Positions 50,331-60,309 of a stretch of 64,000 bases of DNA are shown piece by piece. Positions within the stretch are counted from its first letter, which is position 1; every line of letters starts with the position of its first letter. Source of the DNA: Pelagomonas calceolata. Its lineage: Eukaryota. Below the pieces are notes generated by a model. That model saw only the letters and a program-made list of their open reading frames with translations, ran no database searches and was not told where the DNA came from. Made by a program: the position numbers and the translations under genes. The DNA is taken from contig CAKKNE010000001.1 in NCBI GenBank assembly GCA_918797485.1, positions 5,828,001-5,892,000 on the forward strand, written 5' to 3'.

Positions 50331-52283
50331 TCAATACAACGGCACACTCTCGAACTGCGCCTCGTCGAGCGACAAGCTGGACGAGCGCCCCTCGACCTCG
50401 GCCACATCGAGTAAAGGAGGCGGTGGCGTCGTCGCGGCGCGCAGCGGCGTCGCGCCCGCGCGGAAGCGCTCGGCGATGGAGGGCTCGGCCTTCGTCTGCG
50501 ACGCCGCGTCGGACAGCGTCGCGCGCCGCTTGTCGTCGACGCCCTCCATGAGCTGGCGCAGCTGCGCCGTCACGCGCAGGCAGATCTCCGACGCGTCGTC
50601 GACGTCGCCCTGGGCCTGGGCGTGCGCGCGCCGCGCGTCGTCGAGGTGGCGCCGCGCGATGCTTAGAGCTCGTTCCACCTTCTCGGCGCCGCGCTGGGCC
50701 GACTTGAGGCGCCGCGACCGCGTCGTTTGAACCGCCCGGGCCTTGGCCAAGGCGCCGGCGAGCGGCGTCGCGGGCGGCGCCGCCGGCGTTTTCGGAGAGC
50801 GCAGGAACGAGAACCAGCCTCTCCTCGAAACCGGTTCCGACTGCGTCCGACGCACGGGCGTCCGCACCGGCGTCATCGACGCCGCCAGCAGCGAGTCGCC
50901 CAGGACGTCGTCGAAGACGTCAACCGCCTCGGACTCGAAGCGGCGCTTCTCGTCGACGAGCATGCCGACGGCGGCCCTGCGCGTCTCTACCACAGCTTTT
51001 GTCTCCTTCGCCGCGTCCAGAGCGGTTCTACGAGCGCGACTGGCCCGCTCGACGCGCGCCATGAGCGTCCTGGCGTCGCGTTTGGCCGTGTCGTCCAAAG
51101 CACCTAATCGCGCGCGCACGTCGACGCCGCCGTGACCATCCAAATCTCTCCTAGGTCGCTGCTTTATCTCGTCGGCCTTCAGCGCGCCTCGGTCCTCGAC
51201 GATGGAGAAGCCGTGCCTCGTTGATAATGCTGCTAATGACGTCCTTGTCACCTTGAACGTCGCCGCTAACCGTAAAACGCCGTCGACGCCGCCGACGCGT
51301 TCGGACGCGGCTTCTTTCAACCGGTCCCGGTCCCTCAAATATTTGCCGCACGCATCCGGCTTCATATTCAACAAATCGTCCCTCACCACCGCTAACAACG
51401 CCAGAGCTATCCTATGGACCGCCTTCCAGCCGTCGCGAAAGATCGCATCAAATAAGGCAGGCAGCCACGACGCATCAACAACATAAGCGAATAACGTCAG
51501 GTACCACTGCGCCGCGAGCTGTGTAGGTGCCAAACCACTTCGTTTCAAGTGCACTCTTAATTTAGGTAGGTACGTCTGGCAGAGCTGGTCGAGCTGGAAC
51601 GCTCGCATCTGCAGCGAGGGCATGCCCGGCCGCCACAGTTCGCTCAAGGCTAATCTCGAATCTTTTGGGGTAGACTTCGGCCCGCCATGAGCAATAGCGT
51701 GGCACAACCAGAACGCTTTTCGCTGGCAGCGCCGCTCTTCCACGGCTGATAAGATGATTTTGTGGTCATCCTCGAGCGACCCGGCGCGCGCGGCGGTTTC
51801 GAGTAAGGCGCCCACGACGAGGTTCATGCCTTGGCAATAGCCCGTCTCCGGCGACGCCGTCGCGAGAGCAACTAACACATCAGCTAGTAAGTCGCGGCCC
51901 TTCGCACCCTCTCCATAAAATGATCGCTGCGCGAAGGTGCGTCGGACATCTCGCGCGATCGTGCCCTCGACGCCGGTTGTTTTGAGGCGCGCGCAGCCGC
52001 CGTCGCCGTCCAACAACCCGGCGCAGCTCTCGAAGAAGCCGCCGTTCGTCGCCGTCCGCCTATTCAAAGCGCGCTTCTTGTCCGCCTCGACCCTACACGC
52101 TTCGGCCCAGAACGCCGCGCGCGACCGCGGCTGGACGCGGCTCCGCAATGCGGCGCCGGGCGCGCCGAAGCGGCGCGCGTGTTGTCTGCTGCAGCGCTGC
52201 AAGGCGATCACTTCCTCGAGGAAGAGGAAGGCGGCGATTTTAGGCGCGGCGTCGGCGCTTGCCATTGTCTCTGCTGCGCCCAT
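50331..52283 (-). CDS. TBC-domain Rab GTPase-activating protein
   Basis: IARDVRRTF, GYCQGMN, AQWYLTLF. Confidence 0.9.
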   Translation of the reverse strand: MGAAETMASADAAPKIAAFLFLEEVIALQRCSRQHARRFGAPGAALRSRVQPRSRAAFWAEACRVEADKKRALNRRTATNGGFFESCAGLLDGDGGCARLKTTGVEGTIARDVRRTFAQRSFYGEGAKGRDLLADVLVALATASPETGYCQGMNLVVGALLETAARAGSLEDDHKIILSAVEERRCQRKAFWLCHAIAHGGPKSTPKDSRLALSELWRPGMPSLQMRAFQLDQLCQTYLPKLRVHLKRSGLAPTQLAAQWYLTLFAYVVDASWLPALFDAIFRDGWKAVHRIALALLAVVRDDLLNMKPDACGKYLRDRDRLKEAASERVGGVDGVLRLAATFKVTRTSLAALSTRHGFSIVEDRGALKADEIKQRPRRDLDGHGGVDVRARLGALDDTAKRDARTLMARVERASRARRTALDAAKETKAVVETRRAAVGMLVDEKRRFESEAVDVFDDVLGDSLLAASMTPVRTPVRRTQSEPVSRRGWFSFLRSPKTPAAPPATPLAGALAKARAVQTTRSRRLKSAQRGAEKVERALSIARRHLDDARRAHAQAQGDVDDASEICLRVTAQLRQLMEGVDDKRRATLSDAASQTKAEPSIAERFRAGATPLRAATTPPPPLLDVAEVEGRSSSLSLDEAQFESVPLY

Positions 52284-52431
52284 TTTTTGCTGTGCGTGCT
52301 AAGAGTGCTCAGCGAGCGCAGAGCTGCCAGCAGCCGGTCGCAGTGTGCTGCAGCAGCACGCAGCAGTCCCTCTTTTAGATTCACACGCGCAGGCGCCGTT
52401 TTTGCAGGCTGTGCCTGATTTTTTGCGCTTG

Positions 52432-52452
52432 CTAGTGTCTTACATGCCGCGG
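52432..52452 (+). promoter_or_regulatory. Conserved intergenic CTAG-box motif copy
   Basis: ctagtgtcttacatgccgcgg between divergent genes. Confidence 0.55.
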
Positions 52453-52476
52453 CTGGTCAAACCAAAAAACAAAGCC

Positions 52477-53677
52477 ATGGCTGCAATTCATAACTCAGAT
52501 ACTCGCGCGCGTGCTGGAGTACGCGTCCGTCCCAAAGGAAGCGGCTGCGCGCAAGTGGCTCGTCAGCAGGGCGTGGTTGCGCGCTCACGACACCCCCGCA
52601 CTCTGGCGGACGCTCAAGCTCACAGCGCTTCCGGCCGACAATGGGCGTGCGCACTGCACATGCGCCGCGTGGGCGCGGGCGCCCCAGAGATTGCGGTCTG
52701 TGGTCGAGCGGCACACGCGCTGCGTGATGATTACCGACGGCGGTCCCTCAGGCGCTACCCGTATTTCCGAGGGACCCTATCACCTGGGCAGCGGTCTCGC
52801 AGGACAAAATTTTGCGCGTCTGGATAAAGTCGTTTGTTGCGTGGAGTGCGGGAATAGTGCACAAGGCTACGCCGCGGACCGCGCTGCGCTACAGCCCTTG
52901 TTCGGTGTTGCTTGTCTCAGTAGTTATCTGAGTCATCATGGCGATGACCAGACCTTCCTCTGCGCGGAGCGCGCCGAAGACTTCTTACAAAACTTTCCGA
53001 ACGTTCGCCGTCTCCAGTTACCGGACGAATATGTGCCAATCTTCATGCGTGCGGAGCACGCGACTCGCTTCTTTTATCACGGCCTCCTGGTACCGGACGA
53101 TGGCAACGGGCGTGGGTTCTTGGACCGCCAGCGTGTCACGCAACTGGTGGAGCTCAGCGGGCTCAGGGGCGCTTGCTTTGTCAATGGAACTGTCCCTGCG
53201 AATCTTCTGCCCCACGTGTTGCACCTAGTGTTAAACGAGTCCGAATTGCAGATTCAGAACCTGGAGCCTCTGTTTGCAAACGTCTCTGCGGCATGCCCGG
53301 TTCTCGAAATGCTGACGTTGACTATTGATAGTGAGTACGATACTTGGCGCCTGCGAGATAACTATTCGGTGTTCGCGCACGCGCCACCGCGTCTCAAGGC
53401 GCTTATCTTGTGTTTTGATGGCGTGAATTTACCATGTGAAACGTCCGCGCAATTTTTGGAGCTCGTTAACACGTACTTGCCGGCCGGCGTCCAGGTGCAC
53501 GTCTCTGCCGTCATTCATAAGAGTTATCGACGACGAGGGACGGATCGTGCTCAGGGATGGCGAGTGTTGCAAGACGGGGTGCCCCAAGCGCCCTGGGCGC
53601 CTGATACATGGCCCGTCCTAGGAGAAAGCTACGACGACGCGGCGCTCGCGCGGGCGTCGTTCACTCCCTCGTCATGA
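52477..53677 (+). pseudogene. F-box/LRR-like gene with an apparent 5' frameshift near 52500 (pseudogene or assembly error)
   Basis: ATG 52477 (MAAIHNSD) is out of frame with ILARVLEYAS...LVSRAW...LWRTL. The long frame has no ATG between stop 52433 and the F-box-like segment. Confidence 0.5.
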
Positions 53678-53702
53678 GTGCCCATCTTTGTGTAAGAATT
53701 GG

Positions 53703-53724
53703 CTAGCGGTCTGTAACACACTAG
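53703..53724 (-). promoter_or_regulatory. Conserved intergenic CTAG-box motif copy
   Basis: Reverse complement is ctagtgtgttacagaccgctag, ~100 bp upstream of ATG 53821. Confidence 0.6.
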
Positions 53725-53820
53725 CATTAACTCTGAGAAGGCCTTTGAGAGCAATTACTCCACAATAAATGCTGTTTGTGCATAGAGTTCAGCACCTGCA
53801 GACAGTGAGAGCCAGCAGCA

Positions 53821-54708
53821 ATGCCATCCCTGGCCCTCGCGCGCCGCCGAGCAGCGCTCATTGCGGTATGTGCTGTACGAGCGCTCTCGACGACCAGTGA
53901 GCGCCTGAGGCAGCTCGGCCGCACGGCGTCCATCGAAATCGCTCCAAGGCAAGCAACACGCTACGCGGAACTGGCAAAAGCACGACCGAGCGCCCCGCGC
54001 ACGGTCTTCGTGAACTTCGTCGACACCGAGGACGAGCACTTCGCGGCCGTCGAGGCGGCCTGCGCCGTGCTCAGGGAGGCGGGCCTCGACCCGGTCCCGC
54101 ACGTGCCGGCGAGCCGCGTGAAGAACGCGGCGGTGAAGCGGCTGCGGGCCCTGCGCGACGCCGGCGCCGCATCCGCGCTCATCATCGCGGGCAACGACTG
54201 GACGGACATCTGCGCGCGCGTGGACGACGTCGCCGCGTGCGCCGCGGCGTTGTTGGAAATGAGGCCGGTCTTCGCGGGCTTCCCCGAGGGCCACCCGTAC
54301 GTGCCGCGCGGCGGCGCGCGCCTCGCGGAGAAGCTGCGCGCCCACGGCGGGAGCGTCGTGTCCCAGTTCTGCCGGGACCTGCCCTTCGTGCTGGACGCGT
54401 GGCTCGACGCGACGCGTCCAAACGCGGACGCGATCTTCGTCGGCGTCCCGGGCCCGGCGCCGCGGGCGACGCTGCGCCGGTTCTACGACTTGTGCGGCGT
54501 CGGGCCGAGCGCCGCCGTCGAGGCGGTGTCCGACGATGCCGACGCGGACGACGTCGTGGCGCCGGCGCGCGACGTCGCCGCGCTCGCCGCGTACCTCGAG
54601 AGGCATAGTGTAGACGACGCGTCGGTGCGGTTGCATCTGTACCCGTGTGGTGGAGTGGAACGGTGCCTCGCCTACGTCGAGGGGCTCTGTAGCGGGAATA
54701 ATAGTTAA
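53821..54708 (+). CDS. Methylenetetrahydrofolate reductase-like (single-domain MetF-type) protein
   Basis: ASIEIAP, PVPHVPA, ALIIAGN, AGFPEGHP, VVSQFC, FVGVPGP, LHLYPCGG. Confidence 0.7.
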   Translation: MPSLALARRRAALIAVCAVRALSTTSERLRQLGRTASIEIAPRQATRYAELAKARPSAPRTVFVNFVDTEDEHFAAVEAACAVLREAGLDPVPHVPASRVKNAAVKRLRALRDAGAASALIIAGNDWTDICARVDDVAACAAALLEMRPVFAGFPEGHPYVPRGGARLAEKLRAHGGSVVSQFCRDLPFVLDAWLDATRPNADAIFVGVPGPAPRATLRRFYDLCGVGPSAAVEAVSDDADADDVVAPARDVAALAAYLERHSVDDASVRLHLYPCGGVERCLAYVEGLCSGNNS

Positions 54709-54727
54709 TTGTACAGGCGAAACGAGG

Positions 54728-55447
54728 CTAGAGCGTGCGGGCGCCCATCGAGATGTTGGCGAAGAACTCCTGGCGCGTCCGGAAGTCCGACCGGAAGGAA
54801 CCGAGGACAGCAGAAGTGACCGTCGACGACCCGGCCGCGCGCACGCCGCGCATGCACATGCACATGTGCGAGCACTCGACGACGACGCCCACGCCGAGCG
54901 GCTCGCAGGCGTCCTGGACGGCCTGCGCGATCTGCTGCGTCAGGCGCTCCTGGACCTGCAGCCGCCGCGCGTACATCTCGGCGATGCGCGCGAGCTTCGA
55001 TAATCCTAGAACTCGCCCGTTCGGCACGTAGGCGATGTGGCACTTGCCGTGGAAGGGGACGACGTGGTGCTCGCACAGGCTGTAGAGAGCGATGTCCCGC
55101 ACCACAACCATTTCGGAGTAGGTCTCCTCGAAAACGGCACCATTCAACACCTCGTCCAGCCGGCGAGCGTAGCCCGACGTGCAGTCCACGAGCAATTGGG
55201 CGAGGCGCTTCGGCGTCTGTTGCAAGCCTGGTCGGGTCCGATCTTCACCTAAAGCTTCCAGGATCGTGGACACGGCCCCGGCGATCTTCTCGACGCGGGC
55301 CTCGTCGTTGCCCGCCCGCCGATTCAACTCGCAGGGCGTCGGCGGCTGGTCGGCGAGGGATTTTGTCCTCGAGCGTTTGCTCTGGTGCGTCGCCTCGGTG
55401 TCGTCCGTCGCGTCGTCGTCCCGTGGCTTGGGCGGGGGCCGGCACAT
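54728..55447 (-). CDS. GCH1: GTP cyclohydrolase I
   Basis: [47 protein letters not shown]. Confidence 0.95.
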   Translation of the reverse strand: MCRPPPKPRDDDATDDTEATHQSKRSRTKSLADQPPTPCELNRRAGNDEARVEKIAGAVSTILEALGEDRTRPGLQQTPKRLAQLLVDCTSGYARRLDEVLNGAVFEETYSEMVVVRDIALYSLCEHHVVPFHGKCHIAYVPNGRVLGLSKLARIAEMYARRLQVQERLTQQIAQAVQDACEPLGVGVVVECSHMCMCMRGVRAAGSSTVTSAVLGSFRSDFRTRQEFFANISMGARTL

Positions 55448-55704
55448 GGCTGCTCACCGGTCTGCAGTAGTTTGCTCTGTTTTGGGAGCCAAGCTTCGCC
55501 TCGATACCGTACGGGGGGCAATTTTTAAGCTTTGTTGCAGTGTGGTGCTCTGCGAGGCTGGCAGCGCCGTTTCAGGCGCACGGCAGCCCTCACAAACTTG
55601 CCTTGCACTATGAGGCCACACCAGCACGAAGTCACACCAACTCGATTGCAAAAACAAGCCCTGTGGGGCGAACACAGGGCGTCAGTGTCCAGCGTGGCTT
55701 CTTG

Positions 55705-55728
55705 CTAGTGTCTTTAACAGCACGCTAG
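55705..55728 (+). promoter_or_regulatory. Conserved intergenic CTAG-box motif copy
   Basis: ctagtgtctttaacagcacgctag upstream of GCH1. Confidence 0.55.
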
Positions 55729-55745
55729 CTCACAACAACTAAAAT

Positions 55746-57527
55746 TTACGGTGGCGTCGACGCTTCCGGCGCGGGGTCGGGCGCCCGTCCGCTCTCGACC
55801 ACCTCTTCCTCGCCACCGCTCGAGTCGTCGGCGACGGAAAGGCTACCGAGCGCCACAACGTCCTCGGGCTCCGGAAGAGGCGGAGGCCTCTCGGGCTTCC
55901 GTCCAAGAGCAATAAGGTCCGGCGGCGGCGGCGGCCCGCGGACGATGCCGCGGCGTCGCGGCGCCTTCTTCGCCGACAGCCGAAACGTCGGAGGCGCGTC
56001 GGCGGCTGCGCGGTCCGAGAGGTCCCGCGCCAAAGTTCCGCCGTCGTCCGGCTCCAGACGATGCAAGCGGCCGAAGGCCGACCCGTGCTGCTCGGCCGCG
56101 CCGATGGCATCGATAACAAAACCGCACGTTTTCTCGGGATAAGGCCGGAGCGCGCGGCCGACCTGCTGCACGAACAAAGCGGTCGACTGCGTCGGCCGCA
56201 CCAATATGACGGCGCTCAGACTGGGCTCGTCGAAGCCCTCGGCTAATAATGATGCGTTCGTCACGACTTCGATAATGCCCTCCCGCAGCTCGGCCAATGT
56301 ACGTTTTCTATCCTTCTCAGACGTGCTCCCGTCGAGGTGCTCGGCGCGCACTCCGGCGCCTCTCAGGACATCGACGAGTAGCCGCGACCGCCGGATATCG
56401 CGACAGAACGCCACAGCCGTCTTGGCGCCCGCTTGGCGCGCCCGCAACCAGAGCAGTTTGGCCAGGTTCGCCTCGGTCGCGTCCTCGTCCCTTCCTCTAG
56501 CTTCGACTCGATCTCGAGCCGTCGACGCGATTAGTTTGGGAGGCGCCAGCGCTTTTATGGAGACGAGTTCCTGCACCGTCGGCCCGCGCGCCGCCGACGA
56601 GAAGGCAGACCCCAAGACCGCATCGCGAGCCAATCTAAATGGCGTAGCGGTCAAACCTAGCACCTTCGCCGACGCGTTGGACTTCAGGCCCGCGAACAGT
56701 AAAGATAGGTACGAGTCCGCGGCGCCGTGGTGCGCCTCGTCGATGACAACGCAAGCCACGCCGTCCAAGGGCTTTTGTAACGCACCGGACGCTCTTAACC
56801 CTTGAATCGTCGCCACGTAGACCGTCGGCCGGTCGTCCGCCAACGGCTTGATAATGTCTCCTTTGTCCCACTCGATGACGGCGCAGTAGTCCCGTAAAGC
56901 ATCTTGAGCTTGCGTCGAGAGCACGGTCCGATTGACGACGAAGAGCGCCGCCTCCCCACGACAGTTCCGTTCCAGAAAAGCCGCGGCGACGCGCGTCTTG
57001 CCCCCGCCCGTCGCCAGCGAACACAGCACGGACGCGAAGGGCCGCGCCGCCGTGCGCGCGCGCGGCGACCGGAGCCGGTCCTCGACGTCCAGGACCAGGG
57101 CGCGCTGGTAGCGCCTTAGTGAGTCCCACGCGGGGCCGCCCGCGGCGGGCTTCTTTTGAGGCGTCTGGGGTCCGAGATTTATGGACGCGAGCGCCTCCTC
57201 TAGTCCGTCTACGTCCTTCGGTGCCGGGGCTGGAGCGACCGACAGCGACGAGAGCATTCCTGAGAGGCCGTCGTCGTCCTTGTCCGGCGTCGCCACGGCA
57301 CCGCTCTCGACGACCTCCTCCTCGCCGCTGCTCGAGTCCTCGTCCCGGGGCGGCGACGGCGTCACGGCGGGCGCAAAGTCCGGCGGCGTCCAGCCGTCCT
57401 CGCCGGCGCGGCGCGCGTTCCAGAGTTTGGTTTTGGTCGCGGCGTCGAGGGCCTTCCAGCGCTCGAGGCCCCAGGCGGCCTTGACCTCGCCGAGGGCGGC
57501 CATGGCGGACGGCGAGGCGAAGGGCAT
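55746..57527 (-). CDS. SF2 DExH helicase (ResIII/RadD/IRC3-like)
   Basis: LRRYQ, LATGGGKT, IDEAHH, LGLTATP.R, AEGFD.P, QQVGRALR. Confidence 0.88.
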   Translation of the reverse strand: MPFASPSAMAALGEVKAAWGLERWKALDAATKTKLWNARRAGEDGWTPPDFAPAVTPSPPRDEDSSSGEEEVVESGAVATPDKDDDGLSGMLSSLSVAPAPAPKDVDGLEEALASINLGPQTPQKKPAAGGPAWDSLRRYQRALVLDVEDRLRSPRARTAARPFASVLCSLATGGGKTRVAAAFLERNCRGEAALFVVNRTVLSTQAQDALRDYCAVIEWDKGDIIKPLADDRPTVYVATIQGLRASGALQKPLDGVACVVIDEAHHGAADSYLSLLFAGLKSNASAKVLGLTATPFRLARDAVLGSAFSSAARGPTVQELVSIKALAPPKLIASTARDRVEARGRDEDATEANLAKLLWLRARQAGAKTAVAFCRDIRRSRLLVDVLRGAGVRAEHLDGSTSEKDRKRTLAELREGIIEVVTNASLLAEGFDEPSLSAVILVRPTQSTALFVQQVGRALRPYPEKTCGFVIDAIGAAEQHGSAFGRLHRLEPDDGGTLARDLSDRAAADAPPTFRLSAKKAPRRRGIVRGPPPPPDLIALGRKPERPPPLPEPEDVVALGSLSVADDSSGGEEEVVESGRAPDPAPEASTPP

Positions 57528-57734
57528 TTTGTGATGGTGTGCTGCTTGCCGCTCGCGCGTGCTGTTACGGCGTAGTGTACTGGCTGCAAACTGCTGCACC
57601 GTACAGGGCTCGTTGATGCGCACCACTGGGTGCAGACGTTGCAAGCAGTCGAGCTGGAGCTGGCACAAATCTCTTGTCACCAATGTGCTTGTCTGTGAGG
57701 AGTACGGCTCTAAAACCGCGGACAAAACGGGATG

Positions 57735-57755
57735 CTACCGGCTGTAAGACACTAG
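57735..57755 (-). promoter_or_regulatory. Conserved intergenic CTAG-box motif copy
   Basis: Reverse complement is ctagtgtcttacagccggtag, between divergent genes. Confidence 0.6.
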
Positions 57756-58004
57756 CAACCCAGCGGGGGATGGAGCAGCGAGTAGCGGTAGGCAAGAAGC
57801 CTCCAAAGCCAGTCCGCGGAACCTCTCAAAGACCTGAGAGGGGTCCCGATACTAGGGGGCTACTAGAAAAGCCGTTTCAGCTTGGCAGCTCGCACCGAAG
57901 CGCAATCGCGTGACGGACTCCACGCTGCCAGCGACAAAACGCAAGCGCACAACGCCACCCACCGCGCACGCCCCGCGCCGCATCCGGGCAGCCGACAAAC
58001 AACG

Positions 58005-60281
58005 ATGTTCGCCCCCCCGAAAGGCCGCCAGCCGCGCACGCCGACCCACTTGACGAGCGAGGAGAACGAGAACAGCGTCGCCGTCCGGTTCCGACGGGCC
58101 GGCGCCCTCCAGGAGATGGAGCGCCACCAGAAGAATCGCTACGGTGAAAAAGTAGCCGACGTCGACGTCATGGACTCACTGGTACCTGAAATAGTACATA
58201 GAAAACAGTCAACGATGCGCCCCAAGTCACGAGTAGGTCGAGCCATGGACGACCCGACCCAGAAGATGGAGGCCATCGCCAAGAGCGCCCTGGAGATGCG
58301 GTCGTCCATGGAAGGCGAGCTCCGGAAACTGAGGGATGAAAAAGAACGGACCAAACAGCAATTGAAGCACCAGATGGACTCGGAACTCGCGAAACTCAAG
58401 CGAGAAAGGTCGTTAGCCCAAGCGGAACTTCGTCGGAGCATGGAGGCCGAGGTCGCTAGAATCAGAACAGAAAAGGACCGAGAGATCAGTGAATTGAGGG
58501 AGAAGACCATGCGGCGGCCGGTGTCCTTGCCGACGGGGCCTCGAGGGGTTCCGAACAGCGCTAGGTCGTCCGTGTCGTCTGTATCAAGTCCGGAGTCGCT
58601 GTCGCAGACGCAGCCTCGTCGACTGATCAAGCGCCTGCCGTTACGTTCGCAATCGGCCGTCGACGTGTTTCAAGATGAATCCGATGAAGTGCGCCAGTTA
58701 CGGAAGCGCAACGCCGAATTAGTACAGGAATTGAAGAAGACGCGGCCGGCGTCGGCGGCGTGCCTCGAGACCGCGCCTTTTTCTTCCCAGGACTTCTTCT
58801 CCACCAAAAAAGAGGAGGACCACGTCGGGTTGCTCGCTTCATGCTTGGACCAGTTCCCCGAGAAACTCAGGCAAGGCAGCTTTCTGTGGAAGGTCCCTTT
58901 TCATGCCACGGGCGCCGCCCCGCAGAAGCGGTGGTTCCGCGTAGCTTTGAGGAAGGCGCCAAGTCATGCGCCGGACCAGCAGGAGGTCGTCATCACCTGG
59001 GGGGCTTCTGAAAAGGCGGAGGCCACAGCCTCCAAAGATCGGTCTGTCGCGTTGGAGGATGTTCTTGAATTAAGACCGGGCCACAAGACCCAGGCCTGGT
59101 GGGTCCAGGCGAATGCTGGAAGATTGATACCACCGGAGGACCTGTGCTGGTCCCTGGTCTGCAAAGATAGAACACTAGATCTGGCCGCGGAGGACGGCGA
59201 CGACGCCAAGGCCTGGCGCCGCGGGTTACGGGGCGCCATCCAGGTCCTGCAGACTGCTCGTAGAAAGCGCTTTGCGGGCGACGAGGACAACGCGACCGTC
59301 GATTCGGACGACGAGGAGGTGCGCTCCGTGGCTTCTGATAGTCTACTGGGGTCTCCCCGTCATGACGTGGCCGCGCCGCGCTTCCGTCTGGCTTTAGAAA
59401 GAGGAGACTGCGTCGCGGCGCGGCGGCTCTTAGCAGCGGCCAAGGTGAATGGAGGCGACGCGGTCCTAGCTAATAGGAGCTACGGGACCGACACGGGCGC
59501 GAAGATGGAGACGCCTCTGCATGGAGCTTCAAGAACGGGCAACGTTTTGTTGGTGCAATTACTATTGGAACATCACGCCGACGCGAGGGCGCGGGACGGC
59601 ACGGGCGCGACGCCGGCCCACGTCGCGATCCGAGCCAAGGCCGACGGCGCGCGCGACGTTTTGGCAGTATTGCTGGACGCGGCGGGCGACGACGTCCTCG
59701 AAGCTAGAGATAATGCGGGCGACGTGCCTTTACATGTGGCCTGCCGCGCCGGCGCGCTGGAGTGCGTCCGCCTACTGCTGGAGACGGCGGCGGACCCGCA
59801 AGCCAAGAATAACATGGGCGAGACGCCGTCGGACTGCGCGTCGGGTCACGTGCTGGCGCTCGTCGCGGAGTACGCGCCGCCGGCCCCGAATGACGACGAG
59901 GCGTTCGACCTTGCGGGCGTGACCTGGAGAGCGCGCGTCGACCCGGCCTCGAGTTACCCGTACTTTGAGAACGAGGCGACGGGCCAGACGCAGTGGGCCG
60001 ACCCGCGCGAGGCCGTCGCTGAGGCCTCTGAGGCCGCGGAGCCCGAGGTCGTCGAGGTCGCCGAGGAGGCAGCGGAGCCCGAGGTCGTCGAGGCCGTCGC
60101 TGAGGCCTCTGCGGCTGCGGAGACGGAGCCCGAGGTCGTCGACGTCGCCGAGGCGCCCGCCGCGGCGCCCGACGCGCCCGCCGAGGCGCCGGCTCCCGCG
60201 CCGAAGAAGAACACGCCGACGCGCGACTGGGCGCGGAAGCCGCTCTTCTCGATCACGAACTCGGTCGAGGCGACGGGGTGA
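58005..60281 (+). CDS. Coiled-coil + PH + ankyrin + WW domain protein
   Basis: PLC-type PH: LRQGSFLWK...RTLDLAA..DAKAW..GL. Ankyrin: ETPLHGA, TPAHVA, VPLHVAC. WW: WRARVDP..SYPYFENEATGQTQWADP. Confidence 0.85.
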   Translation: MFAPPKGRQPRTPTHLTSEENENSVAVRFRRAGALQEMERHQKNRYGEKVADVDVMDSLVPEIVHRKQSTMRPKSRVGRAMDDPTQKMEAIAKSALEMRSSMEGELRKLRDEKERTKQQLKHQMDSELAKLKRERSLAQAELRRSMEAEVARIRTEKDREISELREKTMRRPVSLPTGPRGVPNSARSSVSSVSSPESLSQTQPRRLIKRLPLRSQSAVDVFQDESDEVRQLRKRNAELVQELKKTRPASAACLETAPFSSQDFFSTKKEEDHVGLLASCLDQFPEKLRQGSFLWKVPFHATGAAPQKRWFRVALRKAPSHAPDQQEVVITWGASEKAEATASKDRSVALEDVLELRPGHKTQAWWVQANAGRLIPPEDLCWSLVCKDRTLDLAAEDGDDAKAWRRGLRGAIQVLQTARRKRFAGDEDNATVDSDDEEVRSVASDSLLGSPRHDVAAPRFRLALERGDCVAARRLLAAAKVNGGDAVLANRSYGTDTGAKMETPLHGASRTGNVLLVQLLLEHHADARARDGTGATPAHVAIRAKADGARDVLAVLLDAAGDDVLEARDNAGDVPLHVACRAGALECVRLLLETAADPQAKNNMGETPSDCASGHVLALVAEYAPPAPNDDEAFDLAGVTWRARVDPASSYPYFENEATGQTQWADPREAVAEASEAAEPEVVEVAEEAAEPEVVEAVAEASAAAETEPEVVDVAEAPAAAPDAPAEAPAPAPKKNTPTRDWARKPLFSITNSVEATG

Positions 60282-60309
60282 GTAAGGCTTTGAGTGAAAG
60301 ACTAGATAC

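Noticed and set aside
60009..60150. EAAEPEVVE tandem repeats
   Set aside because: Ordinary low-complexity coding repeat.
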